Of a DNA stretch of 64,000 nt, positions 23,948 to 37,000 are shown in pieces. The position numbers and the translations under genes were made by a program. Each line of letters begins with the position of its first letter. Position 1 is the first letter of the stretch. Source of the stretch: Owenia fusiformis. Lineage: Eukaryota. The stretch lies in contig CAIIXF020000001.1 in the NCBI GenBank assembly GCA_903813345.2, forward strand, positions 4,898,001-4,962,000, given 5' to 3'. The notes beneath the pieces are model-generated. The model was not told the origin of the DNA, did no database searches, and saw only the letters and a program-made list of their open reading frames with translations.

Positions 23948-24804
23948 CACTCCCCTCCATAAGTTTGGCAACCTTATTTCCCCCATTGAACTACGTGTTA
24001 AAGCCTCATTACCTTTGAATTTTTATTTACTTAACCTGCGATGAAAATACTTATACTATTGATGGAAACGTAATTTGACTTTAATTCCAATACCTCCAAA
24101 TTTTCTCAATTTTTTTCCTCAATTACAGTAGGTCTAAAATTGATGATGAATTTGATGAATTTTTGAAAATCGACATTCCCATGTTAACCAATGGGAAATG
24201 GTAGGTTTGCCGCAAGTCATATGACAGAATATCCATCCATCCGAGTCCTTGCAAAAAATACGAGTTAGGCATTTGAATTTGCTAACTTTATTTAACAAAA
24301 AATTGTTTCTTCAGGTTCAACAAAGTTATAGGGCTTTAAAGTCAAAATTGTTTTTCAAAAAACCTCTCCCATTGAAATAACACAAGAGGCGAAAAATTAT
24401 TTTCAAAAATGACTTTGAAGCGCTGTAACTTTAATATTCATCAAATAAACTAAACACTTAGTGATCAAAAAAGTTAGACAATTCAATTTTCTATATAAAA
24501 ATATTTTTTGCTGAATCTTTTACTGAAAAGATATCCCGATTTCTGATTTGCCCCGAACCCTCCATTTCCCATTAGATTACATGGGAATGACGAATTTCAA
24601 AAATTCATCAAATTTATCATCAATTTTCGACCTATTGTAATTGAGGAAAAAATTTGGATGTATTGGAAATAAAGTCAAGTTACGTTTCCATCAATATTAT
24701 AAGTTATTTCATCGCCGGTTAAGTAAATAAAAATTCAAACGTAAAGAGGCTTTAACACGTAGTTCAATGGAGAAAAAAGGTTGCCAAACTTATGGAGGGG
24801 AGTG
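23948..24804. mobile_element. Tc1/mariner-type MITE, 857 bp
   Basis: TA|CACTCCCCTCCATAAGTTTGGCAACC ... GGTTGCCAAACTTATGGAGGGGAGTG|TA; TIR ~260 bp. Confidence 0.92.
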
Positions 24805-24860
24805 TATGTTTCTTTTTCTTTTGTTTCGGGCTTAGAAAATAGAGTTCAAACATACTATAA

Positions 24861-25658
24861 GTTATTGAATGATTTGAAGTGCAATGTCACAGGCTGGTAT
24901 CGAAAGATTTGTCCGCTGTGACGGAGCATGCTATTTTTCATAAAAACACTAAGAATGCTTCACGATTTATTTTTTAACTCATATGTTTCGTTATATCAAA
25001 GATAATTCTTTAATCCATGCAATGGATATATCATTTGCGTGTAGCCTCCACTTCTGTTTGAAGTCCAATAACGCTAAGAGTAAAATCTATTGAAAACGGT
25101 GCCAGAGTATCAAACTCTAAAATGGTACATTTTGAAGTATGATACTCCGGCGCCATTTTCAATAACTTTTCTTCCCAGCGTAATTGGACTTCAAACAGAA
25201 GTGAAAGTTACCCGCAAATGATATATCCATTGCATGGAGTAAGTAATTGTGTATGGTATAACGAAACATATTAGTTAAAAAATAAATCGTGAAGTATTCT
25301 TAGTGTTTTTATGAAAAATAGCATGCTCCGTCACAGCGGACAAATATTTCGATACCAGCCTGTGAATGTAGGATATAAATCTGCTCGAGAAATTCTGTAT
25401 TGGAACGAGACGAAGTCGAGTGCCAATACAGAATATCGAGACAGAATATATCCTGTATTGCACTTCAAATCATTCAATAACGTTTTTATCGTGTGATCCT
25501 CTGTATTGCTGCTGAGATTGTCCCCTCCGTACCAATATTTTCGAATTCTGTATTGCGACGGAGATGATCAACGGGGACAATCTCACTAGCAATACAGATT
25601 GGTACAGCACAAGAACTGACCAAGCAAAGGGCTTCATTTTACAGATCATACGATAAAA
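24861..25658. mobile_element. Double-hairpin Crypton-like element hosting a Transib-like MITE
   Basis: GTTATTGAATGATTTGAAGTGCAAT / ATTGCACTTCAAATCATTCAATAAC, then TTTTATCGTGTGATC / GATCATACGATAAAA. Confidence 0.6.
24888..25364. mobile_element. Transib-like palindromic MITE, 477 bp
   Basis: CACAGGCTGGTATCG...CGATACCAGCCTGTG; near-complete palindrome; 5-bp TSD AATGT at 24883-24887 and 25365-25369. Confidence 0.85.
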
Positions 25659-28315
25659 TGCATAACATGGGGTTTAACATGTAGTAAACCTATGAGGAAA
25701 GACTGGTCTTTTTGAGGAGTGTATTGGTGCATTTCCAGTATTGTTGAATGGTTTTTGTGCTTCTTCAACTGCGATATTCTCTAGAGTAGGATTGGACTGG
25801 GCCTTAAATACTCAACACTGCACCTAAACTACACAATTTTATTTCAATATTAAACTCGTAAAAACTGTAAAGATTTACGCAATTGTTTTTGTTACACCTT
25901 TTATGAACAAAAATATCATTAACAAGAAACAATAAAACATACGCCTTTGGAAAGATAGTGTTCTGTAGCTTTATTTCAAGAGTTTTACAAATACACAAAG
26001 TTTTACAAACACTAGAGATCAGAGAGCGACAAATCTTTGTATTCCGCCTGCCAGAAACAAGATTCAAAGGATTTTCAGTCGCCGCTCTCTCATCATACAA
26101 TTGAAGAAAGTGTTTAAAGCTTTTATTAAAAATAGTTTATAGAAAAATAAATACATGAATGCGAAAATATTTTATTCTAGCTATAGGTAAATCATAAATT
26201 TTCATAAGTTCCTGAATTACCAGGCTGGGAATGATTCGAGTCGAAAGTGAAAGAGACAGTCTTTTGAAATCATCATCTGATTCTCACTTTAATCATTAAA
26301 ATGCACAGCAGACACTTAAAAAGTGTTCAGAAATACTGACATCATGTAAGTAGGACAAAGACGTTGTAAGCTAACATCATAATTCGAATAATGAGTTCAT
26401 GAATTTAGTTTTTAGTCTCCAGGGTTGCCATGTAGACGGGCAAGCAAAGGGAAACCCAGAATAGGAGAATTTCCTAATTATTTAGAAAGGCCAGTGGGAA
26501 ATTAGTAATTAGGAGATTTTCAGCAAGCGAAACTTTAAATGTTGAAACTGGAACACAAGCAGAATAGACAAATGAAATGAGAAAACAGTAAAACCATAAT
26601 GTCACTTACTTATTGTTCGTAGATAAAAGTAATGCGTTTTAGTCAGGGAATTCAGTGAATTTTTGGATATATCATGGCAACCCTGGCATTGGGCGCATTT
26701 GACTAAATAAATTATTCCACGATAAATAATGACAAACTCACGAAAATGTACAACATGTCTCCACCAATCAGCATCGGATCTCAACGTGTTTTCAAGCCGC
26801 TGTCTCTGCAGCAAGATGACCTGCCTTCATATTTTGTACGATATTCTCATTTTTCACGAATTCTAATTACTTGTCAAAAAATTTTGTTTGATTTTGCAGC
26901 AAAAACAACGTTTGAAGATACATGAACGCCAATTGCTTCAAAAGAAGTTGCAAAGACGGATCTATAGTTTTCTAATACACAAAACGATTGCAACTGATCA
27001 CGATATGGATTGCCTTGGTTACAAAAGTCAAATCATTGCATGGCGGATTTTAAGAATATTCATTTTCTTCCTCACGGAGTTACTCCATATTTGTCTTGGT
27101 ACAATCTTCTTGAGACATCCTTTATATGACGTAGGCCTATTTAATTATAGTGATTGAAATATTAGTGAATTCTAAATGCATACATTTATTTCGAAATCCT
27201 ACATTATGAGGTGTGTATAGCAGAAAAATCATACAATCAGTTAAAATGGAGAAAACGAAATATTCTACCAAAATCAGATTCGAAAGACAGGACATCTTTT
27301 GGCAAAGGCATAATGGCTTGGAAACCCTTTGATATCCAGTGACCTATTATGGGTCATGTTATCAAGATTTTTAAACCCAACGCGGGTAATCATTTTTAGA
27401 TTTCTAAACTACAGTCACAAGAAAACATCACTGATCGAACGGTTCGACAGGAAACGTATAGACAATTAAGACTAAATTAAACATACACGATTTTCGAACA
27501 GATAATTCAAAATGGCTACTTTAAGATTCTCGTAACTTTTCTACAAATGCAAAAGCAGATCCAATTAGATTCTGTGCACGTTGGTTAATTTACAAGGCGG
27601 CCAATTGCTTTCAGGTGCAATATATATCACTTTTGTGCCTTTTAATCATAGTATGGTGCATAATTTCATCATATGAATCCCGAGGACACAAATATGTTAA
27701 GTTTTCACAATATGATATATTGAGCCAGGGAAAATAGTATATTGTTTCTTATCACCTTGTTGGTTGTAACTTTTTTAAGAACGAGTTGCTCATGAGCCCG
27801 GTCTCTTCTGTATTGACAGCTTAACATTTTTAAAGGTTCATTCAAAGAAAAAACTAAAGTGTGATTGATTAATCAATCCAATGAAGCCTATATTCTATCA
27901 GATACAGGGTGACACAAAAATGCCACCCAATCATTTTGGAATAACTTAAGGAACTTTTGGAATAACTTAAGGAATCTTCATGATTTTTTTTATCTGTAGA
28001 TAGAGTGTTCAATGCAAAAGATTGGTTTGCTTGCATAGCATCAACAACTTGGAAATTAAGAGATATATCAATGAAAAACTATAAAAATTAACAATTTTGC
28101 AAACAGAATTTGCCTTCACAGAGAAAAGCAGTTATTCCCTATTTATATTAAAGTAAAACGGGTAACATTCTCAAAATATAGGCCTGAATGGCTGATTTAA
28201 AATATGAAATACCATAGATCAGAATCATGAATATTGTCCCTGGCCTTAGCCAAAAAAACGAGTGTATCACAGTGTTTAAAGTAAAACGTATGCATGCATA
28301 TAATATCACTGAATT

Positions 28316-31091
28316 TCAAACTTCTGCCCCCTCATCCTCCGTTGGCAGTTTAATGATTGGGATTTCATGTATGGTTTTTGTTGGTTCACTAGGCCTCCTT
28401 AAACCCCATGTTCTGGAGCTTTCAGATCGCAAATATTCTTCTTCTATGCTTTCTTGAGGAGATAATCTCCATACAGAACTGGCACTGCTATCAGATCCTA
28501 GACTTGTGCTTCTCATCTCTGGCACAAGTTTGTTTCTTCTTCGGCTCTCAAGCATATCGGGCTCTGTGTGTTTCTTATGGAGACGGTGAAAACGCTGGCG
28601 CCCTTGTATCCTCGATGATCTTAATTTAAGACTATCCTCATATGGATCTTCACGAAGGAACTCATGAAATATATTATTTGTTTTTATATCGATACTATAG
28701 TCTCTATGAAATAAACTTTTAGTACGCTCCTTTTCTTTTTGGTGAGATTTAAAGAATCTGGTAAAAACAGAGAATTTACTTGGTGGTTGGCTATATTGAT
28801 GTCCACCATCATCGAAACTGTCTCCAGAGGGACCCTGATCTGATTTTGAGTCTGTCTCTGGTTCGTTGATACTCTCATATACCTGAACAAGTTGTCTTTC
28901 TTTGCGATATTCCCTTCTTTTCTTTGATGCAGTCTTACCCCTCTCAAAACTATGATTGAGTGGCACTGAGCCTGAGTTTTGCCGCCGTTTATCCGATGTG
29001 TACTCTTTAGAAGTCCTTCTTTCGTATACCTTGGGTTCATCTTTCTCATCAAGACTATCTGCAAAACTGATTTGCTTCTTATTCTTTGGAGGTGCAGTTT
29101 CCTGCGTCTCCAATGACTTTGTTGTCTCTAACGACTTGTAACCACTGTCCCCTTTCATCTGCTGCAATCTGTGCGTCTGACTATCATTTGTGCTATCTGT
29201 ATTGTCAGTTGTTGACTCAAACGAAGTTGTTGTGGCTTCGTGTCTGCTTGTATCAGAGAAGTCACCATCTGTTTCTAAGCTAGTTTCAAAACTATTTTCT
29301 GTACTGGTATTTGGTTCCAGCCTCTGCAATCGCTTCGTTAGTATACTTCTGTAGGTTTTGCGCCGATTTTCATAGTTCGGATGAAGTAGATTATTAGAAG
29401 CCATCAGTACATTGTCCTGATTTGTGTCACTTTCTTCCATGTAAAGTGCTGGTTCAGTGTTAGACTCAAATGAAGTTGTATGTGATGCATTAGCGTGTTC
29501 CTGTTCTGGAGAATGATCAGGAGATGGAGAGGTAATACAATCTACCATTATCGTATCTTTAAGCTCATCTCCTTCCTCTTCTTCTAATGTTGTTCTTAAA
29601 GTCCAAATGTCACGGTATTTTTGAGCACCATTAAGCGTGTCCGTGTCATCACTTTCGGATAGAGTCATATCATCTACTATCGTATCATTGTTAATGTCCT
29701 CGTAACTCCCTGGGTCATTATATCGCACTTTGTTCTTAGACGCTGGCGGGGAGTTATTCTCTGACATAACTTCAAAGTCAGCATTGTAGAACGGTCCGTT
29801 ATTAAACTGTGTAATCTGCAAGTGGTCTACAGGGTACCGTCTTGTTTCTTTTGTTTCGTACAGTTCGCCATCATAGCTTTGGACTCGCCTGTCGTTGTCT
29901 TTTATGGATATTTTTTCCAGAGGACTAACCACTTCTAAACTTTGCGAAAATTTGGGCTTGACTACATTGAACGTTTTCGGTGGGCTGGATTGCCTCGAAT
30001 GGCAATTTATATGGATTGAAACGGCACGCTGCCTTCCTTGCTTCATTATGTCTCTTATGTCACGATTTCGACTATTTGAATCATTGTCAAAACTGCTCTC
30101 CCTTGAGAAAGAGTGACTCCGAACGCCTCGTGCCCTTGTGTCATTTCTGTTAGATCGACTATGTCCAGACATGGCATTGTCATTTTCTCTAGAACTAAAC
30201 GTACCCTTTTCAGAAGGCACGTCACTTGAAATAGAGGACTTACGTTTCTCTGGCTCTCGTATATGTCTTTCAGATCTATTCTCGTCCATGGTTGTTCTCT
30301 TGAGAGATGAGAGTACTTCCCTATGCCCTCTAGTTCTTCGTTCATTATCTTGTTCTTTTGTTGCATTTTCTCTTGAGAATGTTTGGCTTCTCATGTCATG
30401 ATCTCTATGCGTACTTTCTCGAGAAGCACTCCTCATACTTGCCATACTTCCATAATGAAGCTCGCTATTATGCTCCCTAGAATCTCGACTACTACTACGC
30501 AAGCTACCTTGACTACTATTTGTATCTCTTGAATGACTAACTGAACTACGTACACTAGTCAAAGCATCTCGGTCTCGCACGCTCGCAAGGCTACCTTTAT
30601 GAAAGTCTCTGGAGTTCTCTCTACTGCTAATGCTTCCCTGACTTGCAATACTGATTCGATCTCGAATATCATGAGATTCACGCAAAGAACTGTTACTTCT
30701 TGCACTGACGAAATTCCTTCTAGATTCTATAATAGGTTTCGTATGAATTAACTTTACTCCTTCCTCGTCCTCGTCACTTTTCCCGGGAGTATCATGTATC
30801 TCTACGACTACGTCCCTTTCGTTGCTGCCTATCAAGCTTTGTTCTGAGTAAGGTACAGTTACATATGTCGCTCCTTCAACATCAAAATTCATCTCTTCAT
30901 CTAAATCACTTAGAACCATCATCTCATCATTAGTGACGGATCTGTAGTTCCTGTTAGGGAGGCTATATGATCTCAGTCCGGTCATCCCACCAACGGAACT
31001 CTGGTGGATCATGGTTGCTATTCTAGGTGACCGCTCCAATGATCTGTCTATCTTTGTCATCTTCAAATGGTGAAAATCTCCATCTGTGTAC
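28316..31091 (-). CDS. CBARP: CBARP-like large terminal coding exon (Ser/Arg/Glu-rich, disordered)
   Basis: 2776-nt open exon; acceptor ttcttccag at 31091; contains the 916-aa ORF. Confidence 0.93.
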
Positions 31092-34000
31092 CTGGAAGAA
31101 GATATACTGATTTACTAAATTAATAAAAGTAACATGCTAAAACTTATTCGTTTTTATTAAAAATAGACTCTATAAGGTTTAGAACAGCTGATGTCAGATT
31201 CGTGGTATTTGACCATCCTGAACAATTTGCCGAATGAGCATTTTCTTCATTGTGAATGTCTATGCAGTGTATGAAATATCTAGGGTCAAGTGCGGGACCA
31301 GTCAATGTATTTGTGAGTGTCAACAAGACCCATGTGGCACTAATATTTGTAGTTGAGCATTATATCGAGCAGTGACAGAGGCTACCGACAAAGGGCTAAC
31401 TTAAAAAATAAATAAATAAAAAACTTAATATTAGATCACACTTAGGAGCGGAGGGGTCTCGAACTGATTATCTCTCCTGCTGTTGATGAATACATACGCC
31501 TAAACAGGTCTAATTCAAGAAGGTGAATTGGACCCGACACAAAGAATAATAGGATGAGCATTGTCTCATTATAACTTCAATTTCAGTGTCTCCATCTCCA
31601 AGGACTCAACCGGGTAAAATTTGGAGTTAATTTATAAACGGAGTTTTTCCAACTGGAATTGGAAAACTGCCCGAACTGAGAATCTATTATCAACAAAGCT
31701 AATATCAATGAGAAACTTCAGCGGACAAACCAACACTATTTTTCATAATTTAATCTATTTCCTGGTTTCATCAATTATTAAGTGGATTCCTAGAGTTAGA
31801 ATCACTAAATGAAATTAATATTGAGTTCCCATGCTCTATTGAACCGATGTGGCAAAGGAGATTTGATGAATAGGTCGAAATAAGAGTCGAAATGAGACGA
31901 TTTCAAACGATTCAGTCATTATTCTCCTAATCATTAAGTGACTTGACAAATTATTAAAAATAATTGTTGCTCTTTAGTATATCAGATGATAATTTCCTTC
32001 GTCATGTATACACGATCATGGCATACAAACGTTATTTAGTGGGATGAACTGAATATGGGTTTCTCAGAGGGACATTTTATGGGAAATAAAATTCATATTC
32101 AACCCGAAGCATGTTAAATTATAGCTATAATGACATCGAAGCGATGCCCTTTACCCTTAGAGATTAAACCCTATTTTATTTAAGCCCCAGCCACTGCACA
32201 TTCATCTCTTTATCTACAAAAGCTGAAATATACATTCCTAAGGGCTCTAAACCCCATGTTTAAGTCTGAACCACATCTAAACATGACTACCAGTGCCTTT
32301 TATAGTGCACTCGACCTTGGATTGTGGCCATGTCATGGCCATCTTTACTTATGAAAATCTATATCTATATTGTAATGATTTTTCATATGCTACCTACAGC
32401 TCATTAAGCAAAGATGCCCACAGAGATATACAAAAAACACTAAGATATCCCCAATATCCCTTCTATTTGAATCGGAACCAACCTCGAGTATATGTTTAAC
32501 GTACATCACAATATTCAGATTCATATTTACAAAACAAAAGGAGTGTTCAAAATACTAGTTTGACATGCATGATGCTTCATGCACCACCAAAAAGATTCAG
32601 CTATCCATCATCCCTAGAAATCACGCATGCAGGATGAACTGTTTATTAACAACAACAAAATGGGACCATAGACACTGAGTATCCATGCTTTTTAAGATTT
32701 GCTGTGATGTTTTAACTTAGCTATGTTAGACCTTTCCAATAAGCCTTGCCAACTAACGTATCTATGATGATTATATTGGCTAGTTGATGATGTCAAAGAT
32801 ATGTTCATCCCATTTTTGATTGGACAAATTGCACCTTACAACCAATGACGTCATCAATCTAGCCAATATATCGGATGTCCCAAAAAACGTCACACTTTCT
32901 GACAAGTATTTTCTCAGCAATTAATAATTCAAAATTAGTGAAAATTTCTATAAAGTAGCCTAATGGTATAATTGCTAAGTTGGACAAGTTTAAACAATGC
33001 CTTTGAGTGATAAGTGATAAGGTTAGTGATGATAGTCATCATGTTACCGTAAATATACTTAGGTGATGTACTTATGGACAGAAATGTAGTACATCCAACA
33101 TGCATTGAAGGACGGGATAATTATGTCAAATATAGGAGGCGAAATCAATGAAAAAACACAAAAGTACTTTTGCTCGGAAAAAAACAGCTTCTTTTAGACT
33201 GAAATAAGTGGCTTTTTCATTGATATTGGATTTTTTGACATGCAAGCTAAGGTGGCAAGGTGGCACTGTTTATTGGAAAGGTCGTTCCACAAAATTGTAC
33301 TCAGTCATGTCATTAAAAGAGAAATTAATATGACATAATACAAGTTCACACGAGAATTATCAAACCTCACCAGGAATGGACGATCTTGCACAACAACCAC
33401 AATATTTAAATGCTCTTGTTGGGAGGAAGGGTACAGACTGTACTATCTAGTAATGATTGAACAAATCTACAATGCAAAAACGAATATAGAAACGAAGTGA
33501 CAGTATTATGAAAATGCAAGATATAACAAGTATAATACAGTTAAATGTCAAATAAACACACATCACTTGATGATATAGAATAAAACTACTGGAGAAATAA
33601 GTAAGAGACAAGTATGTCAGCACAAACGCTGCGTGACATGCTTCAGTCAGCACAAACCTTTGCCTTGAGTTCTTGAAAGCACATCGTTTTGGGTCTTTAT
33701 CTACATATATGTTTTCTTGGGGTCTAGCTAATTGGAATGATAGTCGCCTTCCCTGATCGCCTTTTACTTTTTCATCTTCTGTATCATGATTGAGCAAATT
33801 TGTTGGATCGTCATCGGGGTGACAATTGTCTGGAATAGTGAACATGTTAACAAACAGTAAGTACCATAGTGCGAAATACTGCGAACAATATTCCCAAAGC
33901 GAATATTCTGTCCACTGACATGTTTATCATGTTTATGGACGCACTTTTCCCATTGAGAGGTCCTTTTTGCGAAAACTTTAAAACGGGATCAAATTTTATT

Positions 34001-37000
34001 TTCACTTTAAATTCAAATAAAAAACGAGTTATTTAAGACGTTTCTTCTAACATTTTATCGTAGCAGTTTTAATTTCAAACTCAAAACTATATCACAGCCA
34101 CTTCCTACCAAGATCAATTCAAACAATGAACACGAAACGTTAATGATCTCAGATACACGCAAGGATATTAAACATATTATGTCACATATCTATAACGAAA
34201 CTGAAACATTTCCTCAAGTGCTAATCATCTTTCCAAGTCAAATTGGGTAAAGGGTACTAACCAGATTGTATTCAAAATCCTTTTTAATTATTCTACAATC
34301 CAAAATGATAAAAACTTGCACTATCCTCTACCTAAATCCTTTTTAATGATTCTATAATTGTAACTTTACTTACTTATCAGAAATACAATTCTATTACACT
34401 GAATCAAATATGTCACATGAATGGTGGTAACAAGATAACTTAAATCCTTATATGGACATACCTCTAAGTGATTCCTGGTATTTTAATACAGCGTAATCTA
34501 TATTGTCTTCTTCATTGAGCAATGTGTCAGAATCACTAAAATAAAACACATACGTAATGAGTAGATCAGATTTTAATTTCAAATTAGATATTGCTTCATA
34601 AGTTTCAATTTTGATAAAGTAAATTTCCAACATTTTTCAAATGATCGAGTTAATACGTACGTACGTTGATAGATGCCAATGATTGAAGAATATGTGAATA
34701 TATTTGTTTTTAAAGACTGTCTCAGATCAGTCTCTCGTGAACTTGTGATTAATTATTGATGTTAGATGCCAATGAATATTGTTACTACCTCTTAAGCTTA
34801 GCTATGTTCTACCTTTTACACCATTTTAAATCCCCATTGGTGTTTTTGTTTTCGAGCTAGATGAATTTATACATAAGGCGAAAATATGTTAAATCCGTTC
34901 GGTTTCTCTTGGACAAAGTCAATCCAATATAGGATGTTGCTATAGATATACATTATTGTATATGTAGAAGTAAGTATAAAAATACTCAATTTCAATTTTT
35001 TATATTTCCTTTATTTCATAATACATCATACAAACAGATGCAGGGCCTACGCCGAAGCATTATTGGCCCTGTTGAAGTAGTTACAATATAAGTTAAAATA
35101 GGTCACAATGTAAAAATGATAGATATAGAACATATTTATGAACATGAAAATAATCTTGAAAACATGAAGACAGGTCAGAGATATATGTATAAATTAATGA
35201 ATATTGGACTATTTAACTTCCTTGACAATAGAGTGTAAAAATTCGGCTGTTAATTCAATAGCCTTTTTATTTGTAATTGTGTCAAGAGAAGGATCTGCAA
35301 AAAGTAAAAAGTCTACCCTGTCTTCCTGTTTTCTATTATTAAAAGAGTTTAAATTAAAGGATGGCAGTCCCCCTAGTTCTCTGTGAAAATTGAGTCTTTG
35401 AGTATTAAAAAGAGGGCAATGGAGCAATAGGTGTTTGGTTGATTCAGTAGAATGACCACATTTACATTTGGCATTTGGAATATTTTTGAAGTTATGTGTA
35501 AAAAGATGCTGCCTAAAAATGAGATCACATCTCGTTTTATTTAAGACAATTTCTTTATCTCTGGATAGGTTTACTTTTGGGGTTGTGAATTCTTTCTTTT
35601 TCCCATTCAAAAATGTTCTAATTTTATACTTAAATGAGTTGCGTGAGTGTGCTTGTTTCAGTTCATCAGGTAAATTATCCCATAATTTAATACTGGATAA
35701 AGCTGTAAACTTTCTAAGTTTAGCAGATGCTTTGAATGGGATCTTAAAATCATTGCTACGACGAAGTCTTTGATGGTTTACCTGATTCTTATACTGTTCA
35801 AAAACATTTGAAACATATGAAGGCATCTTATAATTATTTACAAAGTCAAACATAAAAACTAGTTTTTTTTCTTTTCTTCGATTGGATAAGGATCTCCATC
35901 CAAGACATGCCATCACCTTCTCAGAGTTTGACCCTTGGATGCAACCACTTACAATAAGACCCGCTCTATATTGGACTCTATCTAAACTTGCTAAGAGGTT
36001 TAGATTTGCGCTGTCAAAAATAATATTGCCATATTCGAGATGTGGGAGAATGAATGCCATATAAATTGTCTGTAAGTGTTTTGATCTAACTGAAAATTTG
36101 AGTGCTTTTAATGGATTTAACATTTTATTACACCTAGTAATCACTGAGTTAATGTGTTCTTCAAAGCTAAGGTGTTTGTCTAAAATGATGCCTAAATGTT
36201 TATGGCTATTTACAAGAGGTATTTGCTCATTATTCATTGTTACTGGAATTTGTTTCTTAACTTTTCGTGTGTGTTTAGATTGAAAGATAACCTCCTTACT
36301 CTTAGATGCCTTAAATTTGAGTTTCCATTTAGTGGACCAATTAGCCATTTCATTGATATCTGATTGAATTTTTTGATTTGTTGTTTCAACTGATTCATTC
36401 TTGGGTACTGTCAAGAAGACCGAACTATCATCAGCATATAAGAAAAGTTTACAATTATGAACTGAGTCTGCTAAGTCATTAATATATAACAAAAATAATA
36501 GGGGGTAAAGAATTGAACCTTGGGGAACCCCACTATTTATTTCATAGGATCCGGAGTCTCGATTTTGAAGATTTTGAGGAATATTTGCACCAGTTTCAGC
36601 ATTACATGAAATGTCTGAATAAGTATCATTGATCCTTACTTTTAATTTCCTATCTAGACAGGTTCCAATTCTAATAATTCAAGTTTTTGTGGCATTTTTT
36701 AGAAAAAGCAACAGACCTATTTTTACTCGATCAGTTTTTCATGCTGATAAAGATATTAAAAGATGACAGCTCAACGGGGTGGTCACGACACTGAATTTTG
36801 GCATGTTTACCCCCCTAGGAAAATATTCTAGGGGGTACTATGAAACTAGTTCATAACTCAAAGGATATATGAGCTATTGTTCTGAGTTGTACACCATACA
36901 TTGCTAGTACAAATATGAATACTATCCTAAAGTTATAGGTTGATACCCTTATTGGTCTCAGAAAAAATACAATAAACAGGAAAAAGATACGCAATTTTTG

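Noticed and set aside
28408-30401. Antisense and alternative-frame ORFs within the large exon
   Set aside because: Shadows of the 916-aa frame.
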